Source: Longimicrobiales bacterium (lineage in GTDB: Bacteria > Gemmatimonadota > Gemmatimonadetes > Longimicrobiales > Gaopeijiaceae). From it: a DNA stretch of 64,000 nucleotides. Below are positions 10,782 through 21,734 of this stretch, one piece after another. The stretch covers positions 3,872,001 through 3,936,000 of the forward strand of contig OZ250165.1 in the NCBI GenBank assembly GCA_965238005.1, in the 5' to 3' direction. A program made the translations under genes and the position numbers. The stretch's first letter is position 1, and every line of letters begins with the position of its first letter. The notes under the pieces are model-generated. The model was not told the DNA's origin and searched no databases. It saw nothing but the letters and a program-made list of their open reading frames with translations.

Positions 10782-11863
10782 GGCGTTGGTGCACGGCTCC
10801 TGATTTTACCTTCGAGGCCAGACGAAGCCCTCGACCCGGGAGGCGCCACCGATGAGGTATCCGAAGCGAACCCAGTACAAGTATGCGAAGTCTCGATATC
10901 GGGTGCGGAATTGGGCTGAATACGAGGCCGGCCTCCGGAGACGAGGCGACCTGACCGTCTGGCTTTCGGATGACGCGCTCGACTTCTGGCGAGCAGCGCC
11001 GAACGGCAAACCCGGTGGCCAGCGCACCTACACTGACGTCGCGATCGAGGCCGCACTGACGATTCGCATGGTCTTCCACCTTCCGCTTCGACAGACTGAG
11101 GGCTTCCTCCGTTGCCTGGCAGAGATCCTCGAGGTCGATCTCCCAATCCCCGATCACACCACGCTGTCTCGGCGGCTGAAGAAGCTCAGTGACATTCAAT
11201 TTCGCAGGCTACCGACCGATCGATCGATCCACCTGCTCATCGATAGCACGGGACTCAGGGTCCACGTCGGCCATCTGCGGAAACCGCCAAAGAGAAGGGC
11301 TTGGAGGAAGTTGCACCTCGCGGTCGATGCTGCATCAGGTGAGATCGTCGCATCGGATTTGACCGCTCGCCGGACGCACGACTGCACCCAGGTCCCGGCC
11401 GTGCTTGAGCAGATTGCTGATCCCATCGCATCGGTCTTGGCGGACGGCGCGTACGACAGCAAGGCGGTCTACGAAGCCGCCCATGGGCGGGGTGACGGAC
11501 CGGCGGTGCGTGTGCTCATTCCACCTGGACGCAACGCCCAGCTCAGCCCGAAGCCGTCGGCCGCACTCCAAGAGAGAAATCGCAACATTCGCTCGATCCG
11601 AGAACTCGGGCGGCGCGAGTGGCACACGTCCTCAGGCTACAGCCAGCGCAGCCTGGTGGAGAATACCGTCTTCCGATACAAGACGATCATCGGTCGAAGT
11701 ATGCGAAGTCGATCCATCGACGGACAACGAGTTGAGGTGCATCTGGCGAGCAAGATTCTCAACACGATGACCCTGCTTGGGATGCCGGACAGCTACCGCG
11801 TGGAGTGATTTACGCTTGGGGGATGGGGGATCTGTCCTCTGCTCCAAGCCATGCACCAACGCC
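10782..11863 (+). mobile_element. IS5-family insertion sequence (IS903 group)
   Basis: Terminal IRs GGCGTTGGTGCA(C/T)GGCT, 16/17 match; no target duplication seen. Confidence 0.9.
10852..11808 (+). CDS. IS5-family DDE transposase
   Basis: NWAEYEAGLRRRGDLTVW, PDHTTLSRR, IDSTG, WRKLHLAVD, ADGAYD, YSQRSLVE. Confidence 0.95.
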   Translation: MRYPKRTQYKYAKSRYRVRNWAEYEAGLRRRGDLTVWLSDDALDFWRAAPNGKPGGQRTYTDVAIEAALTIRMVFHLPLRQTEGFLRCLAEILEVDLPIPDHTTLSRRLKKLSDIQFRRLPTDRSIHLLIDSTGLRVHVGHLRKPPKRRAWRKLHLAVDAASGEIVASDLTARRTHDCTQVPAVLEQIADPIASVLADGAYDSKAVYEAAHGRGDGPAVRVLIPPGRNAQLSPKPSAALQERNRNIRSIRELGRREWHTSSGYSQRSLVENTVFRYKTIIGRSMRSRSIDGQRVEVHLASKILNTMTLLGMPDSYRVE

Positions 11864-11993
11864 TCCTGGAGGCCAGTGGGTAGCGTTTTTTTGTGCTCAT
11901 TCCGGATGCAAACGGGATGCATTTTGGAATATCGAGGCTGACGAGAGAGGCCCCACAGGGCTAGAAAGCCTTACGGGGCCTCATCTTTCTCAG

Positions 11994-12067
<74 letters not shown>

Positions 12068-12073
12068 GACAAC

Positions 12074-12454
<381 letters not shown>

Positions 12455-12564
12455 TACGTGCCAGTGCGGACGAAGAATCCGACGCCGAAGCCCCGGATCT
12501 CGAACCGCGTAGGTACGTCTAACTCTAAACTCAACCGCGATTTGGAACAACGACCGACCAGTGA

Positions 12565-12780
12565 TCAGAAGGTCCAGAACAACCCTACGGTCGTCTCGTT
12601 GTTGGAGTACGTGACCACCTCGTGGTTGTTCTCACGGAATCGGTATTCCCCTCTGATCCCCAGGTGGTCCATAATCCAAATACGAGGGCCGAACGGGAAC
12701 GAGAAGGTGCTCCGGGAGAATCGCAGGCCTTCGGAGTCGTCGTCGACCCGCGCGGGACTGTCTATAGGGGCCAGCAGCAT
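12565..12780 (-). pseudogene. 3' fragment of an outer-membrane beta-barrel-like protein
   Basis: Amphipathic strands ending TTVGLFWTF*; no N-terminal part. Confidence 0.4.
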
Positions 12781-12885
12781 GGAGCCCTGGCCTCATCCCC
12801 ACCGGTCGTGAATGTTTGGCCCTTCGTGGCGGCGCCCGGGGGGCGGCCCCACGGTTGCCCGTACCGGCGAGGAGCGTTCCGAGCA

Positions 12886-13805
12886 GTGCAGCCGACACCG
12901 TCCTACGACATCGAATCCTGGAGGAGCCGGATCCCTATCCTCCAGACCACGATCCCGATGAACAACTGCTCGCAGGGGCCTCAGGTGGCCTCGGTGCGGG
13001 AAGCGGCCGAGCGCTACCTGGACTCCTGGCGGGACGACGGGATGGACTGGGACCCCTGGGTCGAGGAAGTGGAGAAGGCGCGGGGGGAGTTCGCTCGACT
13101 GATCAACGCCGATCCGGGGGACGTCGCGGTCTGCACATCGGTGTCCCAGGCCACGGCGGCCGTGGCCGGAGCCCTCACGTACGACGCTCCCCGTGACACG
13201 GTCGTGGTGTCTCAGGCCGAGTTCCCCACCGTGGGTCATGTCTGGCAGGCTCACCAGCGTCTCGGAGCCAAGCTTCGCTGGGTGCCTGTGGAGGGCGGTG
13301 AGATCTCTCTGGATCGGTACTCGGAGGCCCTCGAGGGAGACGTCGCTCTCGTGTCGGCGTGCCATGGCTATTACCAGACCGGCTTCAAGCAGGATCTCGA
13401 GGCCCTCGTCGAGCTCGCCCACGGAGCCGGCGCCCTGCTCTTCGTGGACGCGTATCAGACCCTCGGGACCCACCCGGTGGACGTGCAATTGCTGGACGTC
13501 GACCTCCTCGCCTCCGGAAATCTGAAGTACCTCATGGGCACGCCGGGCATCGCCTTCCTCTACGCAAAACGGGAGATCGCCGACCGGCTGGAGCCCAACG
13601 TGACGGGGTGGTTCGGACAGCGAAATCCCTACTCCTTTCGGGTGGATGAGCTCGACTTCGCCCCGGGCGCCCGCCGCTTCGACACGGGCACCCCGCCGAT
13701 CCTGAACGCCTACGTGGCCCGAGCCGGGATGGAGATCATCAACGAGGTAGGGCCGGCGGCGATCCGGGCGTGGACGGAGGAACTATCTCGTCGGCTCATC
13801 GAGCG
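12886..13805 (+). pseudogene. Class V PLP aminotransferase (cysteine desulfurase/kynureninase-like), C-terminally truncated
   Basis: LFVDAYQTLG, ASGNLKYLMG, RFDTGTP; similarity ends abruptly near 13805. Confidence 0.8.
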
Positions 13806-14484
13806 CTGGGTCAGGTGGTCTTTTCGCTGGCCCTCGGTGGCACCTTCATGGTGGTGTACGGATCGTACCTGAACGACGACGACGCCCTGGGGTCAAATGC
13901 CGTCTTCACGGTCCTGGGGGACACGGGGGCCGGGCTCCTCGCCGGGCTGGCCATCTTCCCGGCGGTCTTCGCCCTGGGCCTGGAGCCTCGGAGCGGCCCG
14001 GGCCTCATCTTCGCCACTCTCCCGCAGGTCTTCGACGGCATGCCCGCTGGACACTTCTTCGGCTTGCTCTTCTTCGCCGCGCTGGGTGGCGCCGCCTACC
14101 TCAGCGCGGTGGCTGCCTTCGAGGTACTGGTAGCCGGCTTGACGGACAACACCGACATGGGGCGGCGCAGAGCCGCGAGGCTCGTGGCGGGAACGGTGGT
14201 GCTCTTGGCGGTGCCACCCATGATCAACCTCAAGATCTTCATACCCTGGGACCTGACCTTCGGGACGGGATTCCAGACGGTGGGAGCCTTGGCGGCCGCC
14301 GTCACCGTGGGGTGGGCCCTGAAACGCGGCGAGGCCCTGAAGCAGCTGGCCGGTGACTCCGCTGACTCGAGGTCGGCCCGGCTGCTCTACCTGTTGGATC
14401 CGATTCGTCATCCCGGGGGCTATCCTGGCCGTGGGCATCTGGTGGCTGCTCACCGAGGTGCTAGGCGTGGCAGAAGGCGTGTAG
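13803..14484 (+). pseudogene. 3' half of an NSS-family sodium-dependent transporter, with a frameshift near 14393
   Basis: ALGQVVFSLALGGTFMVVYGSYL, GPGLIFATLPQVF; tail WIRFVIPG is in another frame. Confidence 0.8.
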
Positions 14485-14488
14485 CTCC

Positions 14489-15376
14489 TCAGGTTCTACT
14501 CCCGGCCATCCAGCGGTAAATGGCCCGGACGTTCAGCGGGAACCAGGCGTCGTACTGTCCCCAGTGGCCGAACTCCGGCAGCCGGATCTCCGCCGCCGCC
14601 CGGTCTTCCGACCATCCCGCGTCGAGCGCCTTCCTGACCTCGGACCGGATCTGGTCGTAGTAGCGGATCTGCCGGTGTATGGAGCTCCGGTCCCCCGCCG
14701 GCCCGTGCCCGAAGACCATGGTCTCGAAGTCGATCTCCAGGAGGCGGGGCATGGACTCGAAGAAGTCTGGGAATTGCCAGCCGGAAAGGCCCTGATAGCC
14801 GACGTTCAGGTGGTGGGATACGAAGTCCACGGCGAACGCCACCTTCACGTCCGGGACGTAGACCACCGTGGAGTTGTCGGTGTGGTTCGCGCCCACGTAG
14901 TGGAGCTCGATGTCACGGCCGCCCTGGTTCATGGACATGAACTCCTGGTAGGTGACGGTCGGCACGGGTAGATCCGCGCTGCCGGCCGCCGTGATGGCCG
15001 CCACCGAGTTGCGATGCGCAAGGATGGGCACCGTCTGGCCCATCTCGCTCATGAGCGCCGGAGCACCCGTGGCGTGGTCGGCGTCCTGGTGGCTGTAGAT
15101 GATGGCCAAAAGAGGAGCGTCCGGGGCCACCTTCCTGATCTCCCGGGCGTACTGCATGGCCGCCTCCGGCGAGATCGGGTCCACGGCCACGACCCCGGCG
15201 GGTGTGACCACGAAGAACCCGTTGTGCGCTTGCCAGCGGAACTGAAAGACCCCGTCGGCAATACGGCTCGTCTCGTAGTTGGAGGTCTGGGCCTCGGTCA
15301 TGACGGGGCCGAGAACGACGACGGCCGTCGAGAATATTACGGCCACCAGCAGTGGAATATGTCTCGCTCGCACCAT
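14489..15376 (-). CDS. Secreted MBL-fold metallo-hydrolase
   Basis: Signal peptide; YSHQDADHA, NHTD, VFGHG motifs. Confidence 0.85.
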   Translation of the reverse strand: MVRARHIPLLVAVIFSTAVVVLGPVMTEAQTSNYETSRIADGVFQFRWQAHNGFFVVTPAGVVAVDPISPEAAMQYAREIRKVAPDAPLLAIIYSHQDADHATGAPALMSEMGQTVPILAHRNSVAAITAAGSADLPVPTVTYQEFMSMNQGGRDIELHYVGANHTDNSTVVYVPDVKVAFAVDFVSHHLNVGYQGLSGWQFPDFFESMPRLLEIDFETMVFGHGPAGDRSSIHRQIRYYDQIRSEVRKALDAGWSEDRAAAEIRLPEFGHWGQYDAWFPLNVRAIYRWMAGSRT

Positions 15377-15437
15377 GGGATCCTCCTGGCCGATCCGTCC
15401 CGCGGCCGGCCGTTGGCTGAGTGTTCTGAGGCGAGAC

Positions 15438-16094
15438 CTACGGAATGACGGGCAGCAGGGCGCCGGAGTCCAGCAGGTCCCGGGCTATCGTCGCGTCGAG
15501 GGCGAAGACGACCACGAACCCCCCGACGCCAATGATCAAGGCGAACATGAATACGGTGTACGATATCCGTAGGAGGTTGAACTTCTTCTTGAGCACCTGA
15601 CCGAGCCCGTACAGATCCCTCACCATGTTGATGTAGAGGTGGTCCGGCGTCATCATCAAGTCCCGCATTCCCTCTACGAAGTCTTCTTCCGACAGGTTCA
15701 CGAAGTTCCCGAAGAACAGGATATTGGCGTCGTTTCGCTCGATGTCGTCCAGCGTCAGCGGCTGGTTGCTCACCCGGGGGCGTGCGGCCAGAACCGCATA
15801 GACGAGCGCTATGAGGCACCCCACGAGCAGGATGCTGACAGGCAGGACAAGGAGCGGCAGGCCTCCCATGCGGGGCGCCAAGGCCGCGAGCGTGATGGAG
15901 ATGATCAGTCCGTTCACGCTGATCATGATGTTCGCCTTGGCGTCGGCCAGGCCGACCAGATCCTGGTGGACCCGGTAGCTGGTCCGGCGATCGGGGGCAT
16001 CGGCTCCCACCACGGACTCGGTGCCGCCGACCTCAGCCGTCTCGTCGTCTACGGCTTCCGCAACGTCTCTCGGTTCGTTCCGGTCTACGTCCAT
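15438..16094 (-). CDS. Pycsar-effector-like (DUF5706) transmembrane protein
   Basis: LADAKANIMISVNGLIISI, ARPRV, NILFFGNF, GQVLKKKFNLLRISY; about 3 TM segments. Confidence 0.8.
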   Translation of the reverse strand: MDVDRNEPRDVAEAVDDETAEVGGTESVVGADAPDRRTSYRVHQDLVGLADAKANIMISVNGLIISITLAALAPRMGGLPLLVLPVSILLVGCLIALVYAVLAARPRVSNQPLTLDDIERNDANILFFGNFVNLSEEDFVEGMRDLMMTPDHLYINMVRDLYGLGQVLKKKFNLLRISYTVFMFALIIGVGGFVVVFALDATIARDLLDSGALLPVIP

Positions 16095-16110
16095 GCGCTC
16101 TCACCCTGGG

Positions 16111-18258
16111 TCAACTGGTCCGGACCTTCCCCAACAGTTCTTCCAAGTACCGGTACGTGTCAATCTGGCTGCGCACGGAGGGGCTATCGTCGGCCGTCAC
16201 GAACCGGTTGCTCTGGTCTCCGTCGAGGATGCGCGCCTTGGTGTTGTCGGCGAGCTGGAGCGCCAGAACATGCCGAAGCTCGGCCCTGAGGTCGGGATCG
16301 TAGATGGGAAACGCCACCTCCACCCTTCGGTTCAGGTTCCGAGTCATCCAGTCGGCCGATGCCAGGTACAACGCCTCGGCCCCTCCCGCGTGGAAGAGGT
16401 ACATCCGCGAGTGCTCCAGGAATCGGTCCAGGATGCTTCGGCCCTCGATGGTCTCGCTCAGCTCGCCCACCCCCGGTCGGAGGCAGCAGATGCCTCGTAT
16501 CACGAGTTGAATCGGGACGCCGGCGGCGCTGGCTTCGTAGAGCCGGTCGATGATCCCGCGGTCCTGGAGGCTGTTCATCTTTGCTGTGATCCCAGAGGCC
16601 CGCCCCGCTCGGGCCGCCTCGATCTCGGCATCGATGAGCGAGTTGAAGCCGTCCCTGAGGTCTGAAGGGGCCACCAGCAAGTGCTCGAAGGCCGGCTCGA
16701 CCTCCTCTGCGTCGAGGATGCGGAACACCCGGTGCACCTCTTCGGTGAGCCTCTCGTCGGCGGTTAGCAGACCGTGATCGGCGTAGATCCGGGCCGTCTT
16801 CTCGTTGAAGTTGCCCGTGGCCAGGAAGGCGTAGAGCCTGCTCACGTCGCCTTCGCGGCGACGGATGAGCGCGAGCTTGGCGTGCACCTTGATCCCCTGC
16901 CGGCCGTAGAGCGTTTGCACGCCGGCCCGCTCCATCTGCTCGGCCCACTCCAGGTTCAGCTCTTCGTCGAAGCGGGCCTGCACCTCAACGAAGGCCGACA
17001 CCTCCTTCCCGTTCCGGGCTGCCTCGATGAGGGCTCTGACCACGGCAGAGTCCTGTGCGACCCGATACAGCGAGATCCAGATGGCGTCCACGGCGGGGTC
17101 GGCAGCGGCCTCCTCGAGGAGGCGCACCACGTAGCCGTACGACTGGTAGGGAAAGTGGAGCAGCCGGTCCTTCTCCGAGACCACGTCGAAGAGATTCGGG
17201 GCGCCCTCGAGCGCCGGGTGTGCCAGTGGCTGGAGCGGGGGATCCTGGTGCTCGGGGGCCTCGCCCACAGGGAGCCCGAACAGGTCGTGCAGGTTGTGGT
17301 AACGCCCGCCCAGGATCAGGTCCTCTTCCTGGAGGCCGAGGCAGGCCTTCAGGCGGTTCACCATGACGTGAGGCGATCGCATGTCGTAGAGGAAACGGAT
17401 CGGGATCCCGGTATCGCGCTTCTTCAGGCTCTTCTTGATGGCCTGCTTGAGTCCTTGGTCGAACTCGTCGTCGAGGTAGAGGTCGGCATCCCTTGAGACC
17501 TTGACCGCGTACGCCCCCGTCGCGACCTGGCCGGGGAAGACGCACGGAAGGTTATGCCGGATGACGTCGTCCAGGAATACGACGTAACGCCGGTCACCCG
17601 GAGCCGGGATGGCGATGAACCGTGGCAGGGGCGGGCTGGGAACCTCCACCAGTCCCAACCTCGGCCCAGCGGACCCCACGGCGATGTCCTGGACCGGCTG
17701 GAGCTCCACCACCAGATAGACCGTCTGATCCTTCAGGAACATCGGCTCTCCGACGTCCTCCAGATAGGTGGGCTCCAGGAGTGGCTCGACGTGCTCGATG
17801 AAGTAGTCCTCCAGAGTCGAGCGGTACTCTTCGGGCACTCCGAGCTCATCGACGAGGTCGATCCCGGCCTCGCTCAGCCCCGGGAGGATCTGCTCGCGAA
17901 AGACGCGCCCGAATCGCTCCTGCTGCGCCAGCGCGACGTCAGGGATCTCACGGAGCAGCCCGGTGGGATCCAAGCGGCGTTTCTTGCCCTTCTTCTTCTT
18001 GAGCGAAAGGAGGCTCCGGAGAGACGCCACACGCACTCGGAAGAACTCGTCCAGGTTGGACGAGAAGATGGCGAGGAACTTGAGGCGCTCGAAGAGAGGC
18101 ACCGCCGGGCTTTCTGCCTCCTGAAGCACCCGTTCGTTGAAGGACAGCCAGCTCAGCTCCCGGTTGACGTAGCGCACCTCGGTGGAGGAGACGCCCAGCG
18201 CGGCCTCACTAGGATCCTCCTGCGCCTCGATGACGACAGGACTCGTGCTCTCAGCCAC
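16111..18258 (-). CDS. ppk1: Polyphosphate kinase 1
   Basis: NRELSWLSFNERVL, SSNLDEFFRVRVA, LLHFPY, ARFDEE, KVHAK, TGNFN, RFLEHSR, SADWMTRNL. Confidence 0.97.
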   Translation of the reverse strand: MAESTSPVVIEAQEDPSEAALGVSSTEVRYVNRELSWLSFNERVLQEAESPAVPLFERLKFLAIFSSNLDEFFRVRVASLRSLLSLKKKKGKKRRLDPTGLLREIPDVALAQQERFGRVFREQILPGLSEAGIDLVDELGVPEEYRSTLEDYFIEHVEPLLEPTYLEDVGEPMFLKDQTVYLVVELQPVQDIAVGSAGPRLGLVEVPSPPLPRFIAIPAPGDRRYVVFLDDVIRHNLPCVFPGQVATGAYAVKVSRDADLYLDDEFDQGLKQAIKKSLKKRDTGIPIRFLYDMRSPHVMVNRLKACLGLQEEDLILGGRYHNLHDLFGLPVGEAPEHQDPPLQPLAHPALEGAPNLFDVVSEKDRLLHFPYQSYGYVVRLLEEAAADPAVDAIWISLYRVAQDSAVVRALIEAARNGKEVSAFVEVQARFDEELNLEWAEQMERAGVQTLYGRQGIKVHAKLALIRRREGDVSRLYAFLATGNFNEKTARIYADHGLLTADERLTEEVHRVFRILDAEEVEPAFEHLLVAPSDLRDGFNSLIDAEIEAARAGRASGITAKMNSLQDRGIIDRLYEASAAGVPIQLVIRGICCLRPGVGELSETIEGRSILDRFLEHSRMYLFHAGGAEALYLASADWMTRNLNRRVEVAFPIYDPDLRAELRHVLALQLADNTKARILDGDQSNRFVTADDSPSVRSQIDTYRYLEELLGKVRTS

Positions 18259-18260
18259 GG

Positions 18261-20867
18261 TCAGAATGAGAAGCCGAGGCCAACGAGCAGTCTCGTAGAG
18301 TCGTCGGAGTCCGCAAAGGTCACCGAGATCAACGGTGTGTGCTGCCTGAGGAAGGAGAACCAGAGACCTCCACCGTACGCGCAATGCCACAGGTCCGAGT
18401 CCTCGCCCTCCAGGTATACCCGTCCCACGTCGGTCATGGCATGGACTCCGAACTGGCCCGGCAGGACACTGCTCAGCGCCCCCAGACGGAGCCGTAGCTC
18501 GCTCTTCGCGAAGATCATGGCGTCGCCGGCGTAACGGTCGTCGTGCGTGCCCCGGAAGGTCTCGGCCCCGCCCAGATAGGCAGCACTGAGGTAGGGATAG
18601 ACTCCCCACACCTTCTTGCCCCCGACCTTGAGAGCGAGCACGGGAGACATGGGCATGGGCGCCTGGAGGAAGACCTCCACCGAACCGGCCAGCGTCCCGT
18701 AGTCCGACGTGAGCTCCGTGAACTCAGGGAAGTATGTGGCCTCGATCTCGATCCGGGCGCCCCTCGTCGGGAACCAGTCGTGGTCTCGGCCATCCCACTT
18801 CATCCCCGTCTTGATCCCGAACTGGAAGAGGTCGGAGAAGCCGTAGGGGTTCTCCTGCGCAATGAGGGTCCCCTCGTTCTTCGATCGCGAGTGCAGGTCC
18901 AGCTCGAACAGCGCTCCGCCGGTGATGACGAAGTCGTCGCCGGACCACCACTGAAGCTCCGACTCGAAGCTCAGGATCTGGCGATCGACCCGGAAGAAGT
19001 CGAGCCCGAAATCCGACCTCGTCGTCTCGTTCCCGAAGCCGAAGAAGCGGTAGCGGTCCGCGCCCTGGTAGCGCGCCCGGGCCTCCCCCCTGAGACGAGC
19101 CAGGGGGAAGTTCGTCCGGAGCTCGAGGAGCGGGAGCGGGGTCGCAGTCCCGACTCCGGCGGTGAATCCGAAGGAGCGTTGGTACGGGTAGTGGCGGAAG
19201 CCGAAGCTCTGCCGGGTCGCGCCCATCTGGACGTAGGTGCCTTTTCTTCCGCCGAACTCGAAGAGCGGGAAGTAGGCCCAGACATGGCCCCAGTCCTGCG
19301 GGCGAGCCCCGTAGCTCTCGACCACGTCGGGGGTCCGGTAGTCGTACTCGTGGACTTTCGTGTTCCGCCCCCTGGTGATCTCGTTATTGCCTCGGTCGTC
19401 GTGGAAGTGCACTCGACCCGAGCCGCTGGTTTCGTCGATGAGAACGTCGGCGCGGCCGCCCCCGACGACGCGAACCGTCACGCCACTGGAGGCATCGCCG
19501 CGAACCGTGGCCCGATCCTGCTCTCCCAGCAGGTAGTTGCGAACATCGTCGGTCTCCGAGCCGAGGAAGGTACGGTCGTAGAAGGCCTCGCCCCTGGGCT
19601 CTTCCTGGCTGTTCTTCTCCCAGAGCCGAACCCTCACCCGGTCACCCTCCAGCCATTCGACCAGGGCGTACTCCTCCTGGTCGGTCCCGAAAACGTCCAC
19701 GTTCCGGGCCAGGAGGTCGTAGAAGTCCCGGGCCTGGACCATGAGGTTGTCACGCCGCAGGGTGAGGGCCCGCGTCATGAAGTCTCCGACCCGATCGTAG
19801 TAGGCCGGTGGGAGTCGACCCACGGCGTCCCGGATGACCGCGTCGCTCAACCGCCGCTGGAGATCCGAGGCGATGGCTTCCCAGGTGCTCCACTCGAGAC
19901 CGGTGAGGAACTGACGGTCCAGGGCCCGGCCCGACCACGTGATCGCCAGGGCCGAAGGGTACTCCTCCTCGAACCCCACCAGGTGGGGAGCGACGCCCGG
20001 GGCGATACTCCGGAACCAGCGCAGTATGAGACCGTCCAGCCTGGTCAGGGCCCAATCCCGGTCGCGGGGAACCGGCCTGAAGACCAGGAGATCACCGTCC
20101 TCGAAGCCGGCCCACCGCCACTGATCGGGATGCCGGTCCCAATCTCGCACGAACATGTCCATGAGCCGGGCTCGTAGGAAATCCTCTGCGTCGACCCGGT
20201 TGTCCGGGTCCTCCTCGAGGCGCTCGAAGAGGCGCTCGGAGCTGATGACCCGGGTGGAGCCGGCGAAGCCGGGCTCGCCGTCGGGACCCTCGTCGGGCCG
20301 CTCCTCGGTGAATCCCAGGAGACCGGTGAACTCCTCCCGGAACTCGCCCAGTCGGGGATCGTCGGGCATGACCACGAGAATGGGATCGGGATGAAGCAGC
20401 TGTGCGGCCTCGAGGAGGGGGGCCACCAGGATCGCGGCCATGGGAAAGATGGCCGAGATCTGGTCCTGCTGGGCCCAGGCCACGAAGGTCCGCTGCAACA
20501 GTGGGTCCAACCCCCGCGCCGCGTCCTTGTCGATGGAGCGGAAGTTGTAGAGCACGCCGTCCTCTCCCCGCATCCTCAAGGACGACGTCTGCTTGCCGCC
20601 GCCCCGCCGCACCACTGTGAGCCCCCCGGCGTACTCGTCGAGGTCGAGCACCTGTGCCCTCACGGGGACCCGCCAGAGCTCCCGCCAGCCCCGCCCCATC
20701 ATGGCCGCGCGCAACGGATCTGCGTCGTAGCTCATACGGGGAGTGGCAAGGACCGAGTCGCCCCCATGAGGGGTCTGGGCCGAACCGGCTGGCGGTGGGA
20801 CGAGGACGGTCAGACACAGCAGGCCGAGCATCACCCAATCGCCCCGAAGCCCTTGCCGCGAGCGCAT
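18261..20867 (-). CDS. Secreted atypical-kinase-like domain fused to an Omp85/BamA-type beta-barrel
   Basis: Signal-like N-terminus; GGGKQT, DWDRHPDQWRW, PRDRDWAL; C-terminal LGGAETFRG..DRYAGD and terminal GLGFSF. Confidence 0.7.
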   Translation of the reverse strand: MRSRQGLRGDWVMLGLLCLTVLVPPPAGSAQTPHGGDSVLATPRMSYDADPLRAAMMGRGWRELWRVPVRAQVLDLDEYAGGLTVVRRGGGKQTSSLRMRGEDGVLYNFRSIDKDAARGLDPLLQRTFVAWAQQDQISAIFPMAAILVAPLLEAAQLLHPDPILVVMPDDPRLGEFREEFTGLLGFTEERPDEGPDGEPGFAGSTRVISSERLFERLEEDPDNRVDAEDFLRARLMDMFVRDWDRHPDQWRWAGFEDGDLLVFRPVPRDRDWALTRLDGLILRWFRSIAPGVAPHLVGFEEEYPSALAITWSGRALDRQFLTGLEWSTWEAIASDLQRRLSDAVIRDAVGRLPPAYYDRVGDFMTRALTLRRDNLMVQARDFYDLLARNVDVFGTDQEEYALVEWLEGDRVRVRLWEKNSQEEPRGEAFYDRTFLGSETDDVRNYLLGEQDRATVRGDASSGVTVRVVGGGRADVLIDETSGSGRVHFHDDRGNNEITRGRNTKVHEYDYRTPDVVESYGARPQDWGHVWAYFPLFEFGGRKGTYVQMGATRQSFGFRHYPYQRSFGFTAGVGTATPLPLLELRTNFPLARLRGEARARYQGADRYRFFGFGNETTRSDFGLDFFRVDRQILSFESELQWWSGDDFVITGGALFELDLHSRSKNEGTLIAQENPYGFSDLFQFGIKTGMKWDGRDHDWFPTRGARIEIEATYFPEFTELTSDYGTLAGSVEVFLQAPMPMSPVLALKVGGKKVWGVYPYLSAAYLGGAETFRGTHDDRYAGDAMIFAKSELRLRLGALSSVLPGQFGVHAMTDVGRVYLEGEDSDLWHCAYGGGLWFSFLRQHTPLISVTFADSDDSTRLLVGLGFSF

Positions 20868-21105
20868 CCATGACCCGTCGAGGTGGTGGCGATGTCGCCC
20901 GCACCAGGGCCGGGTCGGCTCCACCCGAATGCGGGCCGACGGCGGATCGATCATTGATGGCTCCGTTGGTATGGCGGGAAGAGAGAGGTCGGTGCCGGTC
21001 AAGTAATGACGTCCCATGCTGTACAGGGCAAGGCGTCCTTGAAGTGTGCCTGCCCCGGACTGATCTTCGTTCGATCCGGCGACCACCTGGCGGAAGGCAC
21101 AGACT

Positions 21106-21627
21106 ATGCGGATCGTTCCCCGTGTGAGCCTCTATGGCGTTCTCCTGGCGACCCTGTTCCTGACCCTACCGAACCGGGCCCGGTCGCAGGGCAACGCCAC
21201 CGTGGTGTACCTCGTGAGGCACGCGGAAAAGGTGGACGACTCCCGGGATCCACCCCTCTCGGAGGCCGGCCGGGAGCGGGCAGCGCTCCTCGCGGAGATG
21301 CTGGGGGACGCAGGGCTCACGCGCCTGCACAGCACGGATCTCGAGCGCACCCGGGAAACCGCGGCTCCCATCGCGCGGCAGTCCGGCCTCGAGGTCCAGC
21401 TCTACGATGGGCAGGACCTCGAGGGCTTCGCCGCGCGACTCCGTGCCACGCCTGGACGGCACTTCGTGAGCGGTCACTCGGACACGACACCGATGCTCGT
21501 GCGACTGGGAGGCGAGAGCTCGGACATCCCCGACCATGAGTACGACCGGCTATACGTGCTCACGCTCGAGCCCGGTGGTGGAGCGAGCACGGTGCTGATC
21601 CGCTTCGGGGCGTCGTCGGGGCGCTGA
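21106..21627 (+). CDS. Histidine phosphatase (SixA/PGM-like), secreted
   Basis: YLVRHAEK, RTRETA, VSGHSDT. Confidence 0.85.
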   Translation: MRIVPRVSLYGVLLATLFLTLPNRARSQGNATVVYLVRHAEKVDDSRDPPLSEAGRERAALLAEMLGDAGLTRLHSTDLERTRETAAPIARQSGLEVQLYDGQDLEGFAARLRATPGRHFVSGHSDTTPMLVRLGGESSDIPDHEYDRLYVLTLEPGGGASTVLIRFGASSGR

Positions 21628-21734
21628 CGGCTGACGGGGCGACCCCATGAGCCCCCCTGGGATCCTGGGGAAGGAACCGCCATCTTGTCTCGTAGTGTAG
21701 TTAGCCTATTCGAAGGATCCTCACCGAGACGCAC

